Source of the DNA: Pelomyxa schiedti
Lineage: Eukaryota > Protista > Evosea
Reading direction: 5' to 3'
NCBI GenBank assembly: GCA_020536535.1
Contig: JAHLWZ010000886.1
Span: 1-59,165, forward strand
Length of the DNA: 59,165 bases
Part shown: piece by piece, positions 34,934 through 46,560 of the stretch
Numbering within the stretch: the first letter of the stretch is position 1
Layout of the letters: the number at the start of each line of letters is the position of its first letter
Translations under genes and position numbers: made by a program
Notes under the pieces: model-generated
The model's database searches: none
Told to the model about the DNA's origin: nothing
What the model saw: the letters and a program-made list of their open reading frames with translations, nothing else

Positions 34934-37900
34934 TCACTCAGCTGATAGTGATACAGAGTCACCAGTATCATACATTGCAACAGAGGGGAACAATGGTGCT
35001 TCGGCAATACCGGTGAACACAACTCCCAAGTCATTCCCCTAGTTTGTTTGTTGAGAATGTGGTGAGGCACTGTACACACGCACATTGACGGTGAACGAGG
35101 CAGTGTGTGCGTTGCTGTCGAATACAAGTATCACTTCTTGGCCGGCCGCTGTGCATGTTGTTCCACACGCCCAGGGATCCGCTGACCCGTGACACTGCAG
35201 GGTACTGGTGTGATTTGACCTGCTGATTGAGAAGCTGCCGGTTTCGCAATTGTAGCAACCCCCATATCCACTGGTGCTACCGCCATGCCCAGGCCACAGT
35301 GTACCTGATACTCTTTGTTGAGGGTGCATTGAAACGGAACAGGGTAACCTGATTGATTGAAGCCAATTCCAACTTTGCCACTCAGTGTCTTGTTGATATA
35401 AAATCTTAGTCTCACAACACCACAATGTTGTAAGTCAAGATTTACAAGGGCCAGCCACCACCGATGAGAACCAAGAATGTTTGTCACAGTGCGGTTGCCA
35501 TTCGATAGTTTCCAACAAGGAGGGCATGCAGCGACACTAAAGGCAAGAGAGGCAACTTGTAGAGCTACAAATAGATAAGGAAACGAATATCGGTTTTAGG
35601 GAGAAAGGCCTATGTAATTCTGCTCTGAGGACGTGACTTGCTCAGTTAACCCTGAAGGTTGCTTAGAATAGACAGATCTCAAAGTACAAATAGTGTACGG
35701 GTAATTTGTAAAATGGAACTCTCAAGTTGCTCATTCATTGCTATTTTTTCTTGTTGCAAACCTGTTCGTGTTCACTCATGTTAACAAGGGTTGGGTTCAT
35801 ACTGGTCCTTTCCTCCTCTAGTGCTGTGACCCTACGTTGGATTTCTTTACGTTTGTTATTTATAAGGGTAGAAGAAAGTCAAATTGTTCAAGGAACTTGT
35901 GAGTTCAACGTTGGAAGTTTCAATGGTCTCCTTACGTGCCACATTTTCTTGATTTAGCTCTGGCATTCTTAGAGAAACCCAAATTTACATTGCCTTACTG
36001 GTTTTTTCCTCCTCTAGTGCGATGACTCTCTCTTTTAGCTCTTGTTTCTAATTATAAATTTATAGAGGAGACTTGTGGCTGTACCATGCAAGGCAGCTGT
36101 TGCTTCAGCTAACTCTTGCTTAATATTGGGCTCAGAATGCATGGCTGAGAAATGTGAGTGAAATTTACAAGGTGTTCCAACTACATTTGAAATTGAAAGG
36201 AACCAGAACATGGGGCACTACAGCCTGACTACGTTGTAATGTGCTTTTGAACTTTGGGTGGAAGTAAAGAAATCTATATGTATGTAAAATTAGGCATGCA
36301 GCCAATGCAGCTGGACACACGTATTCATAAACAGGAAGTCACCTGTGAAATGCTCAGAAACAAAGGCAACGCCGGTTGGTATTTTACCTTGAGCACTAGT
36401 GTGCATTGAGAGTAACGTCTTAGAGAGAGAACTTGTCTCAGCTGCTTCATGGATCAAGTTTGTAAGACCTCCAAGTTTTTCAACAAGCTCAGAGGTTCTC
36501 TTCTCTGCAAAAGCTTTAATCTCTCTAGTGGCCTAAATAAAAGGCAATCAGATTTTACTATTTTCTTCGCCCTACCTTCTCTTCCTGTTGGCGCATCTCC
36601 AGAATTGTGGAAGCACAAGCTGCATGAACACCAGCCAGCTCACGTGAAGTTTCCGCGTGGATTGCTTGTATTTCCTCGATGAGTTGTTTCCGCTGCTGAG
36701 TAAGTGCCACAAAACTTGTTTCAAGGCTGCTCACAAGTTGCGTGAGTTCTTCCTTCATCAAAATTGTACCAGTGGGTCGTTTATCTGTTGTCATACCTTT
36801 GTTCGACTGACAGCTTCGGGAAGCTGCATATTGCTGTGGCCTCTGTGATCGCCAAGCTGGCTGCAGTATACGCACACTAACTGCCCAGGGCGACCTTGTG
36901 GTGAACAAGCAGTACATAGAAGAATCCGAGGTTGCCCAGGGTGCTCGGAGTGTTGTGTACAAAATGGCGACATCTCATGCAGAGGAATTAAGAGAACACG
37001 CGACGTTTGGGCTGGAACCTGACCAAACAACTTGAATCTGGGAACAGAGTCAGTTTGACCAGGTTGAGTCTGTGCCAAAATTAACTCAAAAAGGCAATTC
37101 CTTTTTCACCTGTTGGGTGTCATCACACTCTACTAAGCGAGCTTTTGGTGCCAAGTCCCCATACAAATCCAGTCCCGCAGTGAGTTCGGAATGTGAATAG
37201 AAACAAACTTCAAATGTGGTGGGCTTAATTTGCACATCAATAGTATGTGGGACCTTGGTGACAAGTTTCTTAAAAACTGAGTTAGTACCTTGAGATCAAG
37301 TATTCACACAACCTCCAGGCAGGCACGGAAGGCCTTCTTCTTTGTTAGCAATTCAAGTGGGGTTGCTTGGGAAATGTCTTTCTTGCACTGATCGGCAGCG
37401 GTGCTTAACTCATTCTTAAGGGTTGTGATAGTCGTTCTTTGTTCCATCACTTCCACTTTAGTTGGAGGTAAGCCCTTAAAAAACCTTCATATATATACAT
37501 TTATCTTTAAAGTGTGAAGCGGTCTCGGCAAGTAATTTCTTCTTTCTTTTTGCAAGATTTTCTTCCAGTTCCTCAAATGCAGCACCTATGCTTTGTATGG
37601 AACTTGTCACCTCCTCTTCCAAAAACCTTTCTGTATTGTCAAAATTTACAAGTATTGTGTCCAGTCCAGAGATGCCTTAACACCCTCTGTTAGGTGACAG
37701 GTTTTGGCGAGGGGAAAAAAAAATTTCACTTGAGGTAAGAGCATCACACAAAGACTGAAGCTCATTCTAGAGGAAAGGTATTAACAATGCGAGAGGTTTT
37801 CGCAAGTGAATCACTCACTTTGGTTGCTTCCGCGGCCTTTTTTATTCCCAACGCTGGATGCCCAAAGTGCTCTTCTTCCTGCATGATGTTGAGAGATTAT

Positions 37901-38628
37901 AGTGCTAATATTTATAAACCTTGCAGATTGAACATAAGACAGCTTCACAGTAAACGCAAAAAAGATTTGCTTTCTCCTCAGGGTGTACATCACACTGTGA
38001 GAAAAAGGGTTGGGCAGAAGCCGAAACAGTGGAATTTTGAGGCACACTATAAGATCTGCTCAGATAGTTTAGATTGAAACGTAGGTACATCTCATGTAAC
38101 ACACGAATTACTCAGGACAGATGACTTCTCGCACGAAAATTCCCGGGGAACAGGTTGAGTAGGTGCCGCGAGCTTCGCCGAGCCCACGAAGGCGCCCACG
38201 ACAGCGACGAGCTGCGCGTTGCACGGTGCGTCGCCCGGCACCCACATCGTTTTGCACTTTGGGCACCACACGCGGCCCCCGCAGCATCCCCAGGGTCCGT
38301 CCCCCTCCCCCTCCTCGTCCGCGCCGGTGCCGCCAATGCCCACGTTTTTCCCTGCTCCCCCCGGCTCCCCCTCCCCAGCGCCGCAGCCGCTCGCGGTTTT
38401 CCCTCCTCCCCCGGCCTCCTGCAGTCCAGAGTCCGACGCAACCGCCACTGCGGTCGCGGGGCGTTCGGGAGTATCCGCGTGGACTTGTGGGGTAGACGCG
38501 ATGTTTGCTTGCTGGGAGCCGCGTGGGCAGCAGGCACGACAGGCGGAATGGCCGCAAGGGAACGTGACAGGGTCGTCAAGAAGCCGCTGGCACACGGGGC
38601 ACGACAGCGCGCGTCTGACTTCCTCCAT
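34934..38628 (-). CDS. TRIM-like E3 ligase: RING, B-box, coiled coil, second B-box/coiled coil, SPRY
   Basis: RING CPVC..LLDDPVTFPCGHSACRAC...CPKC. B-boxes CDVHPEEKANLFCVYCEAVLCSIC and CTQH...LLCTAC...LVCVYCSQLGDHRGH. SPRY end GQEVILVFDSNAHTASFTVNGNDLGVVFTGIAEAPLFPSVAMYDTGDSV. Single-gene continuity is inferred. Confidence 0.7.
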
Positions 38629-38786
38629 ACAAAATAACGGCTTGTGGAATCCCCAACTTGGTGTTCCTCTAGAAACAAACTGGGCACGTTGGGTTCATCA
38701 CACCAACACCCCAAGTCAGAGCTGGGCTCGCATACTGCAGCTCGTTCAATGGAAAGGAGAAAAACACAGTTCTATTAATTAATTGC

Positions 38787-39602
38787 TCAGTGGCCAGATG
38801 ATGCTGTGGTGGTTGTGGATGTGGGTGCGGTTGCGGACGGTCCCTCTGCTGCACTTTTGATTGCAGCTTCTATTTCATCAAGTTGGGACACAATGGTGGT
38901 GAGGTGGGGCTTGTCCATCTCAAAGCGGAGGACAGTTTGTGTTTGTTTCTGCCCGAGGTTGGTTTTTTTTTGTGGAATGAAGATAATTTGCATACGGCAA
39001 GCATTAGCTCGAATATTGCAGTCTGTTCGTTAATATCTGCAGCACCGGAGCTACGGGATTTGGCTTTGACATCGATTCTCCATGATACTTTTTCAAGGGT
39101 TGGGTTCCATGTTGTTCGTTTTCTCATTACATCGTGAATCTAGTACAACGGTTACGCTGGTATTACAAACTAAGACCTCACTTTGGCTCGTTGATTCTTC
39201 CAAAATTTCAACATAATGTCCTTTTGTGGTTGAGAAAAGGGTACCTGCATGCAAGCATTAGATTTTCCACTTGCACAATCAGCGGAGGCGCACTTTCTTC
39301 AGCTTCATAAATGTCTCAAGTTGAGACGCTTCATAGTCTTCGTAAGCAGCACGTGCAAGAATATCTTTGCACAGGTTGTACAACTGTTCAACAGCTGTGG
39401 GTTTTTTTGTTGTAAGAAGACGAAAAAGACACTGAGTGAAGTAGAGAGGCATCAAAGAAAAAGGAGCACCAGGGACTTCCAAAGCAGGGAACAATTTTTC
39501 TTTGAGGATCTGGACAGTGATTGTGTCGTCACGTTCGTACTCGCGTTTTACCACACCAACCAACAACGAGTGGAACGACCGTATGTTGTCCGCTGCTGCC
39601 AT
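38787..39602 (-). CDS. COMMD1: COMM domain protein 1
   Basis: ITVQILKEKLFP, QLETFM, IMLKFWKNQRAKIHD, WNPTLEKVSWRIDVK.KSR, AIFELML and LRFEMD...LDEIEAAI match the COMMD1 pattern. Confidence 0.85.
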
Positions 39603-39841
39603 TGTGCGCCTCCTCTCCCCTTCCAATCGTTTTTTTTCTTTTCTGATTATTTTTCTCTCAAAGAGATCCCAGGCAGGAGCATCAATCCGAGCCATCTCCG
39701 GAGAAAAGATTGTAAGGCACAGATGGACGGCCTCTACATCTGTGACTATGGGATGGTGAAGTGACGATTGGAGTGGATTTGCTGGGATTTTTTTCGTGAA
39801 AAACAAAAAGCCGAACGAGCGGCGATCAAACTGACAAATCC

Positions 39842-42223
39842 ATGGATGCATCTCTACGACACCGAGCAGAGCCCATTTTATCATTTTCACGCACACTATG
39901 GGACCTGGTAGGCCCCTTTTTCCTTTTTTTTCTTCTTGTTTTCGACTACCTCCTCCTTTTCCTTTTACTCTCTTTCTTTCCCACCACCTTTTCCTTTTCC
40001 AACACCACCAACACTGACCAAAGGGGGTGTGAACCACGTGTGTGTGTGTGTGTGTGTGACAGGTGTTGCCTATTGTGAGACACGCCAGGCACGAGTGGCT
40101 GGACCACAGCGAAGATCCGCCGTGGGTTGGCACGTGCCAGTGCATGTGCGCGACGGTGAGCCAGAAGGGGTTCTACTGCTTCGGCGACGAGGACCACGCC
40201 GCGTTGCTGCTGCTTTGCGCCGAGTCTTTCTTCCCACTCGAGGCTTTGGCCTGCAGGTTTTCCATTTCCCCTGTTTGGCATTGTTGTTTCCTGCTTTTGC
40301 CTTGTTCGTTTTTTTTCTTTATGTTGGTATTAGTTGGAGCTTTTGGACAAACAAACAAAACCAATGAAAGAATGCGTGGACGTTTGCGGAACTAAGTGCA
40401 ATAGGTGGGCTCATGATGTGCTAGTAAAGGCCAAGTATACTACGTTGTGTTTGGCCGAACCTCGGTATGGGGGAGCACTCACAGCGTGCGTGAAAGCGAG
40501 GTCGGATATATGCCTGCGTAGGATGGTATCCATGTTCCCCACGGAGCTTCTTGATGCAACTGCTGCTCTTTCCAGTGCATGTGAACTTGGTGACTTGGAT
40601 ACCGTTCAGTGGTTGCTACCCCAGGCTGAGAGAGCAGTAACCACTGCTGGCCAGAAACAGGAGGAACTGAATGTAGATCCAGATTACTGCCTGAAAGCAG
40701 AGGATGCGGAGCCTATTCCCGTAGCAGTTGACAAATATGGATTATTTACAATGGCCCACAAATCAGATAACACTGAGCTCCTTGATTTCATCGTGTCCGC
40801 CGCTAACATTGTGGATGACAATTATCGCCTTAACCAGGCCATACAGAGTGGTCGATTTTCTACAATAAAGCATGTCGTTGGTCAAATACCTCCAGATACT
40901 CTGCGCTGGAATCACTGGGTCTCTTCTTGTGCGACTACCAGTGTAAAAGTTGTTGAGTGGCTTTATGCTAAGGTTTCAAAGAGAGATCCAGTACCAGAAG
41001 AGTACACTCCTCCAACTATGTTAACAGTGGGCAATTGCACATCCGTGCCACCTTTTGACAACATTCCACTCTTTCCGAACATGGAATGCCCAGCTATATT
41101 TGCCGCCTCAGGTGGCAACATGCCAGTATTTGAGTGGTTGCTACACACGTTTCCTGAACGGTGTACAAAATTCCCAATGATTTTTGTGAAAGCCATCGCT
41201 GTTGCTGTAACCTTCGAACGTATCGAATTTGCAGAGGAACTCAGATCCAAAACACCAGGTTTTGATATTTCTGTGCAAATCGATCAGGAGACAAGGCACA
41301 AGATGTTTAAAGCAGCATGTCAGATGGGACGTGTCAACTCCCTGGAGTGGATGTTTTCACAAATACCTGATATTGCTGCGTGGAGCTCTAAGGAACCTGA
41401 CTGGGGTTCAATCTGTTCAGGTAACCATCTTGCGGTAATGAAGTGGCTTTCAAACCACTATACCATGAGCCCACAGTCCCTGATCTACGGCTTATGCAAC
41501 GGTTGCCGCGGCTCAGACCTGCGACTTGCACGCTGGATTGTACAACGCTTTCCACCAGCCTCAGGAGCAGACGTCGTGAAGAAGGATGGTGTGCTCTACA
41601 CAGCATGCTTTACCGGCTCCTTGGCAGCCGCCAAGATTATTGCGAAGCAGTTCAAAGTCACGGCCGAAGACGTGCGGATGTATGACAACGGCCTCCTAAA
41701 GAGTGTTTCCTGCAGCAAGAACATACCACTTGGCAAGTGGCTTGCCGACACGTACAAACTCACGCACGCCGACGCGATGGCTGGAGACAGGGAGCCTTTG
41801 CGCAACGCCATACGGTTCCGCAGCAGGGCGTTCGTTAAGTGGTTTGTGGAGAGATTCGACATCACCCTGGAAGACCTGATGGCCTCCGGGGCACTCATGG
41901 CCGCCTTTGAAGGTAGAGATTCTGCCAGTGACTCCCCGCCGGTCCTTATGTACTTATTCAACAAGTGCGTAACTTTGGCAATCGCCACTTCCCTCCTGTA
42001 TCTCCAACTAAGTGTTGCACGACGGTATAGGTTTAAAATGCCGTATGATGACGCGGTCAAAATAGGCAGGGAGGCGGCAGCGGAGGAGTATGCTAATGAG
42101 TGCTTTTCGCACATAGCTTACCCATTGGTTATACTGCCCAAATGGAAAGCATACTGCGAAAAACAAGGCATTCCACTCAAAGCCGCAAAGAAATCCAAGG
42201 AAGACCATTGCCTTTCAATGTAA
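39842..42223 (+). CDS. Degenerate ankyrin-like repeat protein with C-terminal CaaX box
   Basis: Repeated ACxxGxLxxxxWL units (ACELGDLDTVQWLL, AASGGNMPVFEWLL, ACQMGRVNSLEWM, CSGNHLAVMKWL, ACFTGSLAAAK); ends KAAKKSKEDHCLSM*. Confidence 0.75.
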
Positions 42224-42308
42224 TAATTACAAGAAACCTCAGTTTTTTGGAATTCTTGGAACACAAAATGCCACAGCACCCAGTACTAACAAAATCATTC
42301 ATTTTACA

Positions 42309-45300
42309 TTAGTTTTTCTTTGGTTGTGTAACTGTGTTTGTTGCTGAGGATGATGTGGATGTGGATGATGATGAAGACGTCACAGCGGGGCCCGAGTTGC
42401 TGGTCTTGCGCCTGCTTCTGTGCTCGCGTGAGTCTCTGTGCTCCCGCTTCTCCCGGTCCCTGTCCTTGTCCTTGTCCCCTTTGTCTCTTTCATCTATGTC
42501 GCCGCCTCCGCTGCTCCCGCCGCCGCTGCCGGTGCTGTCCCCCCCGCCGCCGCTTCCGCTGCTCCCCTTGGCGCTGCCCTCCTTGTAGCTTGATGACGCC
42601 GGCTGCGGCAGCGCCCGCGCCTGCGGCAGGGGAGTCACCCCCGTGACCGAGAGTGTCTGCGACGATGACGAGGGGTTGGTGGCCGCGACGGTGGGCAGCG
42701 GGGCCGAGAGCCCGAGGGCGGGCCTGGGCGTGGAGCCGTGCTGGGCGGGCGCCGTGGAGGCCACGAGGAGCGAGGGGGACGAGTTCGCGTTGGGGTTGGC
42801 GTTGAGGTTGGCCCCGAGAGACAGGTGCGTGGCTTGAGGCGGAGCGAGCCCCAGGAAGCCCGTGCCTGTGCTGGCGTTGGAGGGCGGAGCGAGCCCGAGG
42901 AGGTTCGTGTTTGTGCTTGTGCTTGTGCTTGCGTTCGGGTTGGGCGGCTGTGCGGGTTTTGGCTGGGAAGTGAGTGACAGGTTGAGCTTGGGGAGGCCGG
43001 GCCTCACGGCCGGGGTGGAGGTGGCGGCTGCGGCTGCCATGGACTTGGAGAGTTCGATTGTGCAGGGTATGTTGGACTCTGCTGGCGTGACTGATATGTT
43101 GGTGCCGGTGTTGGTGGTGCTTTGGGGCCCGGACTGTGTGAGTGAGAGATTAAGCTTGGGAACACGTGAGCCTGCACGTGCACCTGCAAGTGAAGATGCC
43201 AGGGGTGGGGATGGTGGCCCTGATGGTACTGGGGGTGTTGTAGTTACAGGTGCGCCTTGTGGGGGTGTTGTGGGGGGTGATGTTGATTCTTGGTTCAGTT
43301 TGTTGAGGGCAAGTTTTGGTACTCCTCGATTGATGTTATTTACATACTTTTGGGTGTTGTTGGGATTATCTTGGTGTTCCAAATTGGAAAGGGGAATAAT
43401 TGGGGAGGAGGTTGGGGTGGGTGTTGGTGTGGTAGTGGGAGTGGGAGTGGGAGTGGTTGATGGTGACGGTGTGGTGGCTGCATTTGTTGTCATGCTTGAT
43501 CGCAGTGATCCAGGAAGAAAATGAGCTACATTTTCACTTGATGGTGTGGTTGAAATGGGGGGAGCTGTTACTTTCTGTTCAGAGCCGATGCACTGTTCCA
43601 GGTGGGCCAGTACTTGACACATTTTTGCTTGAGTAACCTTTGACCTTTTTCGTCAGAAATTTATTCGACTGAGGGGATATGTGCCTTATCATCACCCAAG
43701 TCTTTTGCTAATTTTTTATAGTGGGCCCTGCACACTTCCTCCACAAGCGGGAAGTCGTTTGTAAATAAGTCTTGAAGAGAGGCACATGGGGTATACATTT
43801 GAACCCAGTCTGGAGGTACATCCTAGTAAAGATGAGTGTTTTCATAAAAAGTTCTTAGAGAGGGAAACTACAGTCAATTCGTCGTACCAAGCAATCACAA
43901 TCGGCCTCTTTTTCTTTACAAATTCATCCATTACACTCATATAGCCTTGTGGTTGTGAGATAAGTGTAATTTTACTGTGGAAGCAACCTTCTTTTGGGCT
44001 AAATTCTGCATAATTTACAAGATTTTGCATAGTTTTGGTTATAAGCATTAAAACGCGCATAGTTTGTGCTGATGGAGGACTGGATAGAATGCCCATTGAA
44101 ACTGGCGCCAGAATGTTTGGGCAGAAGAACCTTAAAAACATCATCCTATACAACTGTAAGAAACGGGAGACTGCGCTCATACTTCACAACCCACTGACAG
44201 CAATAACTCCAGCCCTGGCATCAAACTTTCTAGAAACTTCACTCCTCAAATGCCTGCAAATGACTCGGAGTGGCCTACATGGACAAGGGTTAACATGTCG
44301 ATGGAAAATTGTGGAAATACAATGGGCATCTATCAGTAGACCCAATTATATGGTCAATAAAATTTTCTTTCACAACGTTGATAAAAAGATGAATATAATC
44401 ATGTATACCAGTGATTTGAAGAAGATTCGAGATATTTAATTGCAAGTTGTCTGCCTCAGTAACTTTTGTTGGATCAATCTGAAAATGTGTTGGGACGCAC
44501 GCTTTCACTCCCACAAATCACAAATATTAAACCTCATAGTCCTCTGGATTATCAACCACATATTGTAAGGAGGGCTTCAAGGTATTAATAATGTAATCCC
44601 GACCAATCATCTTGGTAAAAGCTGTCATTAACTTCGTTGCTGTTGTATTCCCACGAAATATTGTGCTTGGCTCCTCTACAGGGGATGAGCTTTGAAAGGA
44701 AATTGTAGAATTAACGTGTTTCTTGAACTTGTCTGGATATTTCTGATTCGACCAATGGAAGTGCACAATTATAGTAGTCCAATATCCTGGAGTGTGCACA
44801 AATATATCACTAAAGTGAAAAAAAAAAAAAAAAAGGTTTACCTTACAATAGAGACCACCACTTCATCAGCTTTTGCTTGTTGTAGAACTTCTATGAGGCC
44901 AGACACAATGATAAGATTGGGCGATGCAAGTAGCTACTTGTATTGAGACTAGCAAAATGAATTGCAATCATCACCTCAACAAGTGTGTCATATTTATGCA
45001 GGTGTGTCTCTCTATAAATATTTTGCATCTGTTCTTCGCGTTTGCTCTTCGATTCTTGATAAGTCAGTTTAGCCTAATGTCAATAGAAAAGTGAATGGGA
45101 GAATTAAGGAGAAATTATAATAACCTGTTCAGAATACTGCTGCAATTGTTGTATTAGTACCTCTTTTTCTCTGAAGAGGTTGAAGCATTTCCGATAATAA
45201 TCGGACTGCACAGAGAGTAGGTTTCTAAAACCACCTTTGCTAAGAAAACAGATAAACAGAGAGAACGCACCTTATATGTGAAACAACGTCAATGTCTCTT

Positions 45301-46288
45301 CGCAGGTTAACATCCTCAAGTTCTTGGAGTGTTTTTGTTTGTATATTAAAAAATTCTGTCCCAGTGGCTGCTGCTTCTTGATGAAGCTGTAGAGGAATAA
45401 GAGAACATTACTCTAAGTGTAATTCACACAGAAAACATTCTCCCCAAATCGGTCTTTTTTTCGAATTCCAAATCTCGGAGTTTGGTTCTCATGGCATCAT
45501 ATGTTTTGCGTACATGGTGATACTGACTTTTTGTGGTGCACATTTTTTTTATGTCTACATCAACAAATTGGTTGAGAGGTTTCACAACTTGTTCTCGCAA
45601 GTCTGTTTCCTACATGCATCACCCATAGAAGAGAAAGGCCAAGTGAAATAAATGAAGTACAACAACTCCGTTAAGGTGATGATGGGGATATAGAGAGCCT
45701 AACCAGGGATTTTCTGAAGCTGAGGAGCTGTCGTTGCAAGTCACTATACACCAATAGAGCATTACCTGTTACAATTGATTGGCTATGTTAGATGCTGGTT
45801 TATCACTTGATTTTTTTTTTTTTTTTTACCCCTGTGTAAAGTGTAGGGATGTAACCTAATACTTCGCCTTCACCCGAGGAATTGAGGTCATAGGCATACG
45901 CTGCAAAGGCATCAGCCACATGATCAGTTCCCATGATATTACTGGCATCTAAATTATTGTGTTAGAATTAAACTTCAAACCACTTGATGTTACAGTGCAA
46001 TTTTTCATCTAGTTTCTTCTCACATGCTGCAGTAATGTTTTTGAGCTGCACACGCATCATCTTGGCGCTCTTTGTTTTTTGGAGGGGAAAAAAAAAAGGA
46101 AAATTATTCATGAAGGAATAGAGGTACGAAAATAAACAACTGCCCAAAAAAAAAAAAAAAAAAAAAAAAAGGAACTTGTAAAACAGGCGTACTCTTTTAT
46201 TAATATTGATAACTTCGTCAGGTTCTACATCAGTATGACGAGAAAGAGTCTCTACAAGAGACTGTCTATTTGCAGGAAAAATGCTCAT
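42309..46288 (-). CDS. BAR-domain + RasGAP protein with long low-complexity tail
   Basis: BAR-like ETDLREQVVKPLNQFVDVDIKKM...YHHVRKTYDAM. RasGAP TIFRGNTTATKLM, FLRFFCPNILAP, LITKTMQNLVN. P/T/S-rich tail with repeated PKL(N/A)L motifs. Confidence 0.82.
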
Positions 46289-46560
46289 TCTCTATGCAGA
46301 CCACGTGGTTTCGTAGTCCTTCGCCGCACCAATAGCCTGCCGCCAACCGCCCCGCAGTGAAAAATAACGATGGAAAAAAAAAGGAAGCAACAACGTCGGC
46401 AGCGCGGCACCTCCGCACTAATTTTTTTTTTCTTTTTGTTTTTGGCAGAATCAAATGTCAAACAGGGGGATCAACGCCAAAGAAGCCAAGCAGGGCTACG
46501 AATATTTCGGTGTCCAAAAATAGACAGTGCTCGTTTGTCGAGTGTGATGTTGGCCCCCGC

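Noticed and set aside
40038-40058. (GT)n microsatellite, (GTT)n at 169-197 and poly-A/T runs
   Set aside because: Ordinary simple repeats in introns or low-complexity coding sequence; no CRISPR-like spacer structure
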